Source: an uncultured Candidatus Saccharibacteria bacterium (GTDB lineage Bacteria > Patescibacteriota > Minisyncoccia > Phycocordibacterales > UBA5272). From it: DNA of 64,000 nt. The position numbers were made by a program, and so were the translations under genes. Below are positions 44,526 through 53,384 of this stretch, one piece after another. How positions within the stretch are numbered: the stretch's first letter is position 1; every line of letters starts with the position of its first letter. The notes under the pieces were generated by a model that worked only from the letters and a program-made list of their open reading frames with translations, had not been told where the DNA came from and did no database searches. The stretch spans positions 45,304 through 109,303 of the forward strand of contig CAZEIK010000002.1 in the NCBI GenBank assembly GCA_964512315.1. The letters are read 5' to 3'.

Positions 44526-45278
44526 ATGAGTAATAATCAACTAGCTACAGATTTGTATAAAAAGAAAGCTTTTCCATTCGAAGTCCTATATGAAGACGAT
44601 AATATTTTTATTATGAATAAGCCAGCTGGGGTAATGGTTCATGCTGACGGGCGCAGCGACGAGGAGACGTTGGCAGACATTATAAGAAAAAGTATGCCGG
44701 AGTTGGTTGGTGTAGGCGAGGATGATAGGCCGGGTATAGTGCATCGCTTGGACAGGGACACGACAGGTGTGATGGTTATATGTAAGACACAGGAGGCTTT
44801 TAAGAAAATGAAGAATAAGTTTAAAGAGCATCATGTTAAAAAGGTCTATCGTGCAATTGTTGAAGGTAATATTAGAAATGAGACTGGGGTGATAGATACG
44901 CCAATTGCTCGTGCCAAGAGTGACTTTAGAAAAAAGAGCGTAGTGGACCCTTATTCGCAAGATTATAGAGGCGAAGAGAGGGAGGCTGTGACACGTTATA
45001 AAGTTATACAAAGAAGTGAAGATAAAAAGTTTACTTATATAGAAGTATACCCAGAGACGGGCCGCACCCATCAAATACGTGTACACATGCGCAGCATTAG
45101 GCATCCAATAATTGGAGATGATTTGTATGGCTCAAGGCTTGGTAAGGATGAAGCCACAAGGACGATGCTGCACGCAAGAAGTATAGAATTTACCTTGAGA
45201 AATAAAGATATTAAGGTAGAGTCACCTATACCTGCTGACATGGAGCAGTGTCTTGATAAGCTTTTTAAAATGTGTTAG
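44526..45278 (+). CDS. RluA/RluD family pseudouridine synthase (no S4 domain)
   Basis: NKPAGVMVH, RPGIVHRLDRDTTG, TGRTHQIRVH, HPIIGDDLYG. Confidence 0.95.
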   Translation: MSNNQLATDLYKKKAFPFEVLYEDDNIFIMNKPAGVMVHADGRSDEETLADIIRKSMPELVGVGEDDRPGIVHRLDRDTTGVMVICKTQEAFKKMKNKFKEHHVKKVYRAIVEGNIRNETGVIDTPIARAKSDFRKKSVVDPYSQDYRGEEREAVTRYKVIQRSEDKKFTYIEVYPETGRTHQIRVHMRSIRHPIIGDDLYGSRLGKDEATRTMLHARSIEFTLRNKDIKVESPIPADMEQCLDKLFKMC

Positions 45279-45281
45279 GAT

Positions 45282-45707
45282 ATGCACACTATGAATACTA
45301 TTCCTGAAACTCTAAAGAGCCGCGCAGAACTTGAATTTGCGAGCGGTGACACAGTTCGTGTTTGGAGTAAACTAAAAGATAATGACGGCAAGATCCGTCT
45401 TCAAGCTTTTGAGGGCCTTGTTCTTGCTCGCAAGCATGGCACTGAAGCTGGAGCCACATTTACAATTCGTAAAGTTGCCTCAGGTGTTGGTGTTGAGCGT
45501 ATATTCCCACTTTACTCTCTTAATATAGACAAGATAGAAGTGGTACGTCATGCTAGAACAAGAAGATCTAAACTTTACTACGTTCGCGAGAAGGCAATCA
45601 AGGACGTTCGTCGCCGCATGAAAGTAGACACAAAAAGAGTAAGTAAGAATGGTGTGACTACAGCAGCCGACGTGGTGGAGGAGACAGCAGAAGCAGTAAC
45701 AGAATAG
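45282..45707 (+). CDS. rplS: 50S ribosomal protein L19
   Basis: F.SGDTVRV, RLQAFEGLV, FTIRKVASGVGVERIFP, RRSKLYY.R. Confidence 0.97.
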   Translation: MHTMNTIPETLKSRAELEFASGDTVRVWSKLKDNDGKIRLQAFEGLVLARKHGTEAGATFTIRKVASGVGVERIFPLYSLNIDKIEVVRHARTRRSKLYYVREKAIKDVRRRMKVDTKRVSKNGVTTAADVVEETAEAVTE

Positions 45708-45714
45708 TACAAAT

Positions 45715-45742
45715 ACAAAACTCGCCGAAAGGCGAGTTTTGT
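45715..45742 (+). terminator. Intrinsic terminator
   Basis: ACAAAACTCGCC-GAAA-GGCGAGTTTTGT. Confidence 0.85.
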
Positions 45743-45759
45743 ATTATAATGCGCGACAT

Positions 45760-45841
45760 GCCCAGGTGGCGAAATTGGTAGACGCACTACCTTGAGGTGG
45801 TAGCGAGGCAACTCGTGCTGGTTCAAATCCAGTCTTGGGCA
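45760..45841 (+). tRNA. tRNA-Leu(GAG)
   Basis: GCCCAGGTGGCGAAATTGGTAGACGC, CTACC-TTGAGGT-GGTAG, variable arm, GGTTCAAATCC. Confidence 0.95.
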
Positions 45842-45851
45842 CCCAAAATAT

Positions 45852-46691
45852 TTACAACCCTCTGATTCTTTTTGAGAAGTCTGGGTCGTTCTGATATCTT
45901 TCGGCTAAGTCGTTAATCTTATAGGCTTCGCGTATTTTACCAATTGGTAACTTGGTATCGATGAGACCAAGCTTATAAGCATAATAGTCGGCATCAGCAG
46001 GGAATAGTATAGACCAGTCGAATGGCACTCGACGATAGTAGACTTTGTTAACATGTTCGACTATGTTGGTTGTGCAGCTGTTGGTTATGGTGTTGTAGAA
46101 CTCTGGTACAGCTTGCGTCTCTTGTGCGCGTATTAGCATATCTTCGAACAGCTCATTAGCACGCTCGCGAGTGGTTTTCATCGGATACAAGTATACACTG
46201 TCATGTCTATAATTAGTTCGCAGCTTAAGTAGGTCTTGTTCGTCACCTATTACATACATAAGTTCATATTGTCGCATAAGGCCTAGTATAGGGTTAAAGC
46301 TTTCACCTTTTTCTTTTCTTATTTCAACTGAGATGGGCAAGTATCTGCCATCGTCGAATTCAAAAGATAGGAATGTGTGTGCCGCTCCCAACCCTTTGAA
46401 TGGCTCCACTACGAACCAGACACGCTTAACGGATCCTCTTTCATATGACGCGCTGTAGTAGGCTGGTGTGTAACTTGTAGTTGAAGCATAAGTAAAGTTG
46501 CGTATGTCTTCAATTGTTACCGTTTTGGGTCCGATTTTTATTTTGGGTAGTACAGACTGGTCTGTAGACCAGTTCCTGTCATTGCTTGGCTGTATTAATA
46601 CAGCAGCGAGGACATAGGCAAAGATTAGGAACAATGCAGCAAATAGAACACTTTTTAGAAATATTTTAAAAACTTTTTTTAGTTTTTGCAT
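45852..46691 (-). CDS. DUF4105 (Lnb N-terminal-like) domain protein
   Basis: PSNDRNW, IRNF.Y, AHTFLSFEF, SVEIRKEKGE, FYNTITNSCTT; start moved to MQKLKK (46691) to avoid the tRNA overlap. Confidence 0.85.
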   Translation of the reverse strand: MQKLKKVFKIFLKSVLFAALFLIFAYVLAAVLIQPSNDRNWSTDQSVLPKIKIGPKTVTIEDIRNFTYASTTSYTPAYYSASYERGSVKRVWFVVEPFKGLGAAHTFLSFEFDDGRYLPISVEIRKEKGESFNPILGLMRQYELMYVIGDEQDLLKLRTNYRHDSVYLYPMKTTRERANELFEDMLIRAQETQAVPEFYNTITNSCTTNIVEHVNKVYYRRVPFDWSILFPADADYYAYKLGLIDTKLPIGKIREAYKINDLAERYQNDPDFSKRIRGL

Positions 46692-46778
46692 TAGTAGAGA
46701 GTGTAACACACTCAACTTAACAATTAAGGGAAAATGTGTTAATATGTTGTTACTAAATTCTTCAAATTTAGAAAAGAT

Positions 46779-46854
46779 GGTGGCTATAGTGTAATGGTTA
46801 GCACGCGGGCTTGTGGAGCCCTCAGTTCGGGTTCGAATCCCGATAGCCACACCA
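46779..46854 (+). tRNA. tRNA-His(GTG) with an A discriminator
   Basis: G-GTGGCTA...CGGGC-TTGTGGA-GCCCT...GGTTCGAATCC...TAGCCAC-A-CCA. Confidence 0.93.
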
Positions 46855-46887
46855 AGATATCAAGAGGTTGGGTGTTATACTTTGTTA

Positions 46888-47328
46888 ATGAACGAAGATA
46901 AGATTTTATTCTACGAAAGTAAATATTACATGTTTTCTAATTTCTCTTCTTTTGCCGTAGAGTGGCGAGGGGTTGTGTGGATGACTTCTGAACACGCTTA
47001 TCAGGCTGCCAAGTTTGAAGATTCTGAGATAATAGAAAAAGTTAAACAAGCCAGGTCTGCATACGACGCTAAGACTATAGCCAGAAGTAACGACGACAAG
47101 AAAATTAAAAATTTTACAGAGATTAAAATTGGAATAATGGAAGATATACTTCGTGCTAAATTAGCGCAGCACAATTGTGTCAGAGATGCTCTAATTGAAA
47201 CAGGAAATAGAGAAATAGTTGAGAACTCACACAGGGATGCATTCTGGGGTCGTGGACCAGATTGGCAAGGCAGGAATGAGCTAGGTAAAGTTTGGATGAA
47301 ATTAAGATCAGAAATACAAAATGGTTAA
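46888..47328 (+). CDS. NADAR (YbiA-like) family protein
   Basis: FSNF, TSEHAYQAAKF, DAFWG.G..W.G.N.LGK.WMKLR; start at ATG 46888. Confidence 0.9.
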   Translation: MNEDKILFYESKYYMFSNFSSFAVEWRGVVWMTSEHAYQAAKFEDSEIIEKVKQARSAYDAKTIARSNDDKKIKNFTEIKIGIMEDILRAKLAQHNCVRDALIETGNREIVENSHRDAFWGRGPDWQGRNELGKVWMKLRSEIQNG

Positions 47329-48559
47329 GATTGAAGACATAGTGGAACATTTGGATAATTGCATTTATCTAGACATTGAAACAACAGGACTGTCTAAATA
47401 TTATGACAAGGTCACAATGATTGGTTATGACAACGGTTATGAATTCAAATATGTAATTGAGCCGAGTGATGTGAAGTCATTACAGAGAGATCTTAATAAT
47501 TCAAAAGTATTAGTTACATTCAACGGAACATTGTTCGATAAGAAATTCCTGGAGCATCACTTTCCAGAATTAAAATTCCCAGAACATCATATTGATTTGC
47601 GCTATCTACTGCGTAGAGCAGGGCATACGGGAGGGCAGAAAAGTATAGAGGTGCAATTAGGACTTAAACGAGCTGACGAGTTAATTGGAGTAACAGGATA
47701 TGAAGCTGTTGTTTTGTATCATGAATATAGACGTGGCAATAGAGAGGCTCTTGAGAAATTAATTGCATATAATCATGCAGATGTGCAGGGTATGAAGCAT
47801 ATGCTTAGTTATGCGCTTAAGAAGCTGCACGATATAGAATTGAATCACAATAAAACCGATATAAGCGAGAGTGTAAAAACCAAAACTAAAAAGTATAATG
47901 GCCCACTTATTACGGCGGAGGAATTATGGTCATTAACTAAGAGCAAGAAACCAGTAGTTGGTATTGATATAACAGGCAGTGAAGAGAGGCCGAGTGGATT
48001 CGCTATAATTTATAAGGATGGAGAAGTTGTAACTAAGAGAATATTTACAGACAAGCAAATAATCGCTGAATGTGTTGCCTCGGGTGCAAAATTAATCTCA
48101 ATTGATTCACCGCTAGGCATACCAAAAGGTAGAACTAGAGTTACTGATGATGATCCGAAACGTTGGGAGATAGGTATTATGCGCTGGAGCGAGAGAGAGC
48201 TTAAGAGGCGTGGCGTGAATGTGTACCCATGCCTTATACCAAGTATGCAGAAGTTAACAGCAAGAGGAATTAGATTAGCTAAGAAGTTAAGAGCACTCGG
48301 ATTCACTGTGATTGAAAGTTATCCAGGAGCAGCCCAAGATATAATGCAAATACCTCGTAAGCATGCAGGACTGCCTTATCTAAAAGATGGGCTAAGAGAA
48401 TTTGGAATGAAAGAGGGTGATTGGTATAGAGAAAAAGTCTCACATGATGAATTAGATGCAATCACTTCGGCCATTGTTGGATTATTCTATTTAGCTAAGA
48501 AGTATGAGGGTCTGGGCAATGATGATGAAGAGTATTTAATAATCCCGAGAATTAATTAG
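47321..48559 (+). CDS. YprB-like RNase H/DEDD exonuclease fused to a DUF429 RNase H-like nuclease
   Basis: N-terminal YLDIETTGLS, TFNG..FD, HIDL, YN..DV; C-terminal VGIDITGS, IDSPL, IESYPGA, HDELDA. Confidence 0.85.
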   Translation: MVKIEDIVEHLDNCIYLDIETTGLSKYYDKVTMIGYDNGYEFKYVIEPSDVKSLQRDLNNSKVLVTFNGTLFDKKFLEHHFPELKFPEHHIDLRYLLRRAGHTGGQKSIEVQLGLKRADELIGVTGYEAVVLYHEYRRGNREALEKLIAYNHADVQGMKHMLSYALKKLHDIELNHNKTDISESVKTKTKKYNGPLITAEELWSLTKSKKPVVGIDITGSEERPSGFAIIYKDGEVVTKRIFTDKQIIAECVASGAKLISIDSPLGIPKGRTRVTDDDPKRWEIGIMRWSERELKRRGVNVYPCLIPSMQKLTARGIRLAKKLRALGFTVIESYPGAAQDIMQIPRKHAGLPYLKDGLREFGMKEGDWYREKVSHDELDAITSAIVGLFYLAKKYEGLGNDDEEYLIIPRIN

Positions 48560-48596
48560 ACAGAGCAAGTAAATTTGTTATAGACTTATTCTTAAC

Positions 48597-49973
48597 ATGG
48601 CAACAGAACAAAATGGTGCGGGGCTAGCGGAGAATAAGATAGGATTACTAGGCTCTACATTAATGGGAATAGCGGGAACGGCGCCTGCGTTTAGTATTGA
48701 GGTTACAACTTCAACAATATTGGCTGCGGTTGGAGTATTGGCGCCAGCCTCAATATTCTATTGCGGATTAATAATGCTTGGTATTGCTTTTGCATTTATT
48801 AATTTAAATAAAATGTATCCAAGTGCGGGGACATCTTATACATGGGTTAGTAAAATATTTGGCAAGACATTAGGATTCTTCGTGGGCTGGTCGCTCTTAG
48901 CTGCCGTGTCTATATTCATGGTTTCAGGAACGCTACCAATTGCGAACGCGACATTACTTCTGTTCGCACCAGAGTATGTTAACAATGTTAATTATGTAGA
49001 GTTACTGTCAGTGTTTTGGTTAACATTTGTAAGTGCAGTAGTGCTTAAAGGCATTAAGCTATCAAGTGTGGTCCAAACAACAATCACATTAGTTGAGATG
49101 GTAATACTTGCAGTACTTCTTATTGCTGGCTTCATAATGTTCGGCGATGCCCCAGTTAATCCAATTAGCATGGATTGGTTTTTACCAACTGGATTCACCA
49201 GTGCACTCTTTGTAACTGGAGCATTAACGGCTATGTTCTTCTATTGGGGTTGGGATGTAATACTTAATCTATCAGAAGAAACAAAAGAGAAAAATAAAAT
49301 ACCAGGTAAGGTGGTGTTTCTAACTATGATTGTTCTTATATCAATGTTTATTGGGTTCATGGTTCTGTCTCTGATGGGGTTAACCGCAGCTGATGTTGAA
49401 CATTACAATACCAATATTATATTTGCCTTAGCAGAGAAAGTGTTCGGCAGCACATATGGTTATATTGCTATTATTGTAGTTCTTCTTAGTACTCTTGGAA
49501 CAATTGAGACAGGTATGCTGCAATTCACCAGGACATTATTCGCTAAGAGTAGGGACGGAATATTACACGGCAGATATTCTTCTCTACACAAAGAGTGGCA
49601 AACTCCATGGGTAGCAACATTAGTTGTGTGGGGCATGGGAACAGCGCTTATATTTGCATCTTCATACTTACCTTCAGTTAATGAGATATTGTCTATGTCT
49701 ATTAGTGCTATAGGTATACAAATATGTTTCTATCTTGGTGTTACTGGTTTTGCTTGCGCATATTTCTATAGAGATTATGCAAAGAGAATTATAAGTAGAC
49801 AGTCTTGGCAATCTGTTACCCATTTTTATTATCCTCTTATTTCGGCAGCATTCTTGGCTTATATTGGTATTCTTAGTTTCTTTGATTTTGATATGTTCAC
49901 CAAAATTGTAGGTGTTGGGGCGGTAGCGCTCGGAGCTATACCACTTCTACTTAATAAATATAAACAGAATTAA
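48597..49973 (+). CDS. APC family amino acid permease
   Basis: About 12 TM helices, GTAPAFS, PSAG.SY, YWGWD...LSEET, RTLFA.SRDG, TPW. Confidence 0.92.
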   Translation: MATEQNGAGLAENKIGLLGSTLMGIAGTAPAFSIEVTTSTILAAVGVLAPASIFYCGLIMLGIAFAFINLNKMYPSAGTSYTWVSKIFGKTLGFFVGWSLLAAVSIFMVSGTLPIANATLLLFAPEYVNNVNYVELLSVFWLTFVSAVVLKGIKLSSVVQTTITLVEMVILAVLLIAGFIMFGDAPVNPISMDWFLPTGFTSALFVTGALTAMFFYWGWDVILNLSEETKEKNKIPGKVVFLTMIVLISMFIGFMVLSLMGLTAADVEHYNTNIIFALAEKVFGSTYGYIAIIVVLLSTLGTIETGMLQFTRTLFAKSRDGILHGRYSSLHKEWQTPWVATLVVWGMGTALIFASSYLPSVNEILSMSISAIGIQICFYLGVTGFACAYFYRDYAKRIISRQSWQSVTHFYYPLISAAFLAYIGILSFFDFDMFTKIVGVGAVALGAIPLLLNKYKQN

Positions 49974-50028
49974 GTTTTTCTTTAGTTTTCCCTTGATATA
50001 TAAATAATCTAAAGTTACACTTGTTGTT

Positions 50029-50532
50029 ATGACAACAGACACTATTAAGGATGTATTGAGCCGCATAGTCTCAATCAATAAAAATCTAACCGAAAGTTCC
50101 CTGCGTAACTTGCTAGTTGCTAGCGGTTGGGAGAATGCGGATATAGAGGAGGGGGTAAAGGTGTTCCATGATTATATGGGCAGTACGAACTTGCCTCCCA
50201 GTGAGCAACAAGTAAATGTCGCAGATCTTAAAATGCCTACGCCAGAGAGGACTCCTGCAGACGAGGCGAAAGTCTCCGATAGTGGTATTTCACTTGCAGC
50301 AGAAGAGAGGCCTATTACAGAAGTCGCTCAGCCCGCGCCAGTTGTAAAAGTTGTAGAGCAGGCACCATCCCCAGTAGCGGTTCCAGTTAGTATCCCAAGT
50401 GTCGCTGTACAAAGTGAGGCCCCTACTACAAGCGAGATGTCTTCTGTGTCTAGACCTTGGGCTTTGATAGTTATTGATTCTGTTCTATTTCTTGTTGCTT
50501 TAGGGTTACTTATTTATATTGTTACTAACTAA
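50029..50532 (+). CDS. Hypothetical protein with a C-terminal TM anchor
   Basis: LRNLLVASGWENADIEE N-terminal domain, Pro/Val linker, TM helix. Confidence 0.7.
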   Translation: MTTDTIKDVLSRIVSINKNLTESSLRNLLVASGWENADIEEGVKVFHDYMGSTNLPPSEQQVNVADLKMPTPERTPADEAKVSDSGISLAAEERPITEVAQPAPVVKVVEQAPSPVAVPVSIPSVAVQSEAPTTSEMSSVSRPWALIVIDSVLFLVALGLLIYIVTN

Positions 50533-50576
50533 ACAAAAAAACGGCCCGCGAAGCGGGCCGTTTTTTTGTTTAGTTA
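50526..50576. terminator. Bidirectional terminator with a 24 bp perfect stem
   Basis: TAACTAAACAAAAAAACGGCCCGC-GAA-GCGGGCCGTTTTTTTGTTTAGTTA between convergent genes. Confidence 0.9.
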
Positions 50577-51587
50577 CACACCGAGCGAGGTTAAGACCTT
50601 CTCATTGATTAAAATCTGCTCCGCGTACATGCGTACTGATTTTTCATCAGCGTCCTTGTGCGCAGTTAGGATTTTAATAGTCTCAGCTTCTATTTCTTCT
50701 TCTGTTGGTTTTAGATTCTCTTTGTTAGCGATCTCAAAAATAACAAGTTGAACCTTAGCTCTTTTTGTTGCTGGTTCTTGTAATTCGTTGCGTATCTCTT
50801 CTTCTGTCTTCTTAACATGAGTAAGATAGTCTGAGAATTTACCCCCGAATCTTTCTATGTCTTGCTTTGTCTGAGCCATTAATCTGTCTACCTCTCCTGC
50901 AACTAGCGACTCAGGCATATCAGCTTTTGTCTCAGATTGTAACTTCTCGAGTAACTCACTACGAAGTTTTTCTTTTTCAATTTGTTGCTTTTCAAGCAGG
51001 GAGTTCTCTTTGATTTTTTGTTTTAATATATCAACTGTTGCAAACTCTTCACCGAAAGACTTGGCGAATTCATCGTCTAGTGCTGGCAAGTCAGAATCTT
51101 TTATCTCTTCGTCTGCTGGCTTCTGTACGCGCATTTTGCGTAAGTCATACAGAACCTTTTCTACATCCTCATCAGTTACAACTGCTTCTTTTTTATCTTT
51201 TGTAATCTCAGCTGCTATCTTCTTATAATCAGGCAATGTAACTTCTGGCATAACGTCAACATGTGCGTGGTATACAAAGTCTTCACCACGAGCCAGCTTC
51301 ACAACGTGTATGTGTGGGTGAGAGATAATTTTGATTTTGTGTTCCATCACAATTGCTGGATATGTCTCGTTAATACACAGGTCGCTCATAGCCTCTAACA
51401 CAGTCATCTCGCCGTACTTAGATATAACCATTTCCTCGGGCGCCATACCTTTGCGGAATCCTGGTATCTCCACCATGTCTTGTATTTTCTTGAAACCTTT
51501 TTCCCAGTATTTGTGAAAGTCTGCCCAAGGTACTGTAACCTCTATCTCAACTTGAGATTTTTCTTCTTTATTTATTTTTACTTGCAT
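50574..51587 (-). CDS. tig: Trigger factor (FKBP domain apparently deleted)
   Basis: IPGFRKGMAP ribosome-binding motif, LPALDDEFAK, C-terminal domain; about 337 aa. Confidence 0.92.
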   Translation of the reverse strand: MQVKINKEEKSQVEIEVTVPWADFHKYWEKGFKKIQDMVEIPGFRKGMAPEEMVISKYGEMTVLEAMSDLCINETYPAIVMEHKIKIISHPHIHVVKLARGEDFVYHAHVDVMPEVTLPDYKKIAAEITKDKKEAVVTDEDVEKVLYDLRKMRVQKPADEEIKDSDLPALDDEFAKSFGEEFATVDILKQKIKENSLLEKQQIEKEKLRSELLEKLQSETKADMPESLVAGEVDRLMAQTKQDIERFGGKFSDYLTHVKKTEEEIRNELQEPATKRAKVQLVIFEIANKENLKPTEEEIEAETIKILTAHKDADEKSVRMYAEQILINEKVLTSLGV

Positions 51588-52092
51588 ATAATTCAATCGA
51601 TTCTTTTATAACTGCTTCAGCGCTTGCTTTATCTCTAACACCGTCAATCGTAACAACTTTATTTTGTAACTTTTTGTAATGCTCATAGAAATGAGTAACT
51701 TCTTTTATAAAGTGCTCATTAACATCAGATAAATCTTTGATATTTTTAAACCTAGGATCAGAAGATGGCACTGCAATTATTTTTGCATCACTGTCACCGC
51801 TATCATTCATATCCATAACTGCAACAGGCCTAGCCTCAACCCACACACCAGGGAAAAGTGGTGCAGTCGTTAAAAGTACAACATCAAGAGGGTCTCCGTC
51901 ATGCCAGAGTGTATTAGGAACGAAACCATAATCAAAAGGAAATACTTGGGCTGTGTGAGACACTCTGTCTAATTTGATTAATCCAGTCTCTTTATCTAAT
52001 TCATACTTGTTCAGAGAGCCTTTTGGAATTTCTACTATAACGTTAAGGTGTCCGTCGTCGTTAAGTGGGGGGATTGAGTGTAATATATTCAT
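51568..52092 (-). CDS. ppa: Inorganic pyrophosphatase
   Basis: VEIPKGS.NKYE.DK, LDRV, YGFVP.T...DGDPLDV, D.GDSD.KIIAV. Confidence 0.96.
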   Translation of the reverse strand: MNILHSIPPLNDDGHLNVIVEIPKGSLNKYELDKETGLIKLDRVSHTAQVFPFDYGFVPNTLWHDGDPLDVVLLTTAPLFPGVWVEARPVAVMDMNDSGDSDAKIIAVPSSDPRFKNIKDLSDVNEHFIKEVTHFYEHYKKLQNKVVTIDGVRDKASAEAVIKESIELYASKNK

Positions 52093-52113
52093 GATTTTAT
52101 TTTTTCAATTTCT

Positions 52114-53280
52114 TTAATTGTTCTCCTCTTCGTTGTATTCGTCTTCGTATGACTCAGATGAATCAACTAGCTCGTCGTCGCTACCGTCTATATCTATCTT
52201 ATAGCCAGTAAGCTTGGCAGCAAGGCGTACATTTTGCCCACCTTTACCAATAGCCAGCGATTGCTCATCTCTGGTTACTATTACCTTAGCAGATTTATTT
52301 TCTTCATCTACTTCGATAGATATAGGCTTAGCAGGAGACAGGGCCTTTTTAATAAACTCCTTAGAGTCAGAGCTGTACTCGATGATGTCGATTTTCTCGC
52401 CGTGTAGTTCAGCGGTGATGGCATTAACACGTACACCGCGCTGGCCAACACATGCCCCGATAGGATCGATTTTCTCATCTGTTGTCCTGACGGCTATCTT
52501 AGAGCGACTTCCTGGCTCACGAGCAACTGAGACTATTTCTACTAACCCTTCGGCTATTTCACTTGACTCTGACTTGAAAAGTTCAGATAAGAATTTTGGA
52601 TGAGAGCGAGACATGCGTATGCTAAGCCCACGAGGTGTGTCCTCGATGCTGTATAAGTAACCACGAACTCTAGCTCCAGGTATTAGCCTCTCATTCTGTA
52701 GTTGCTCTTCTATAGGCATGATCGCAGTAGCTTTGCCTAGGTCTATAAAAGTTAGACCTCTGTCTACACGTTCAACAACACCGGAAACAATGGTACCTTC
52801 CTTTGCTCCGAATTCTGTTGCTGTTTGTTCACGCTCAGCTTCACGCAGTGATTGCATGATAACTTGCTTAGCTGTCTGAGCAGCAATACGCCCGAAATCA
52901 TCTTTTTGATCTAATGGGAATACTAGCTCCTCACCAACCTCAACATTTTTCTTTAACAACTTTGCGTCGTTAATCATTATGTGACGCTCCTCGTTGTAGC
53001 GAGGCAGTAGCGATCTTGGGTCGTCTTCAGGTAGGGGTTCAGCATTCTCATCTTCGAATCTAACAGAGTTCTCATCTATTACAATTTTGACCTGCTCGAA
53101 GCTCATCACATTCGCATCAAAGTCAATGTGACAACGAATTAGTTGACCTTTTTTACCGTACTCTTTTTGATAAGCGGCAGCCAAAGCTTTTTCAACAGCT
53201 TCTTGCACCTTCTCAATAGGGAGCTTTTTCTCGCCAGTTAACTCAGCGAGACCTTGTTTTAACATTTTTAAATCTATCAT
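52114..53280 (-). CDS. nusA: Transcription factor NusA
   Basis: FGRIAAQTAKQVI, AREPGSRSKIAV, GACVGQRG, AIGKGGQNVRLA. Confidence 0.97.
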   Translation of the reverse strand: MIDLKMLKQGLAELTGEKKLPIEKVQEAVEKALAAAYQKEYGKKGQLIRCHIDFDANVMSFEQVKIVIDENSVRFEDENAEPLPEDDPRSLLPRYNEERHIMINDAKLLKKNVEVGEELVFPLDQKDDFGRIAAQTAKQVIMQSLREAEREQTATEFGAKEGTIVSGVVERVDRGLTFIDLGKATAIMPIEEQLQNERLIPGARVRGYLYSIEDTPRGLSIRMSRSHPKFLSELFKSESSEIAEGLVEIVSVAREPGSRSKIAVRTTDEKIDPIGACVGQRGVRVNAITAELHGEKIDIIEYSSDSKEFIKKALSPAKPISIEVDEENKSAKVIVTRDEQSLAIGKGGQNVRLAAKLTGYKIDIDGSDDELVDSSESYEDEYNEEENN

Positions 53281-53384
53281 GAATATTTGTTTATTTTTTT
53301 AATAAAAACGGCCGACCGGGAGGTCAGCATTACACTTCTAGAACCTCTTAATAATATCACATTTTGTGTTAAAATGGAAGTCAT

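Noticed and set aside
40479-46854. The tRNA-tailing element at tRNA-Ser, -Val, -Leu and -His
   Set aside because: Their 3' flanks show no GTGACC core and no 3'-end duplication, so the element is not a universal tRNA trailer
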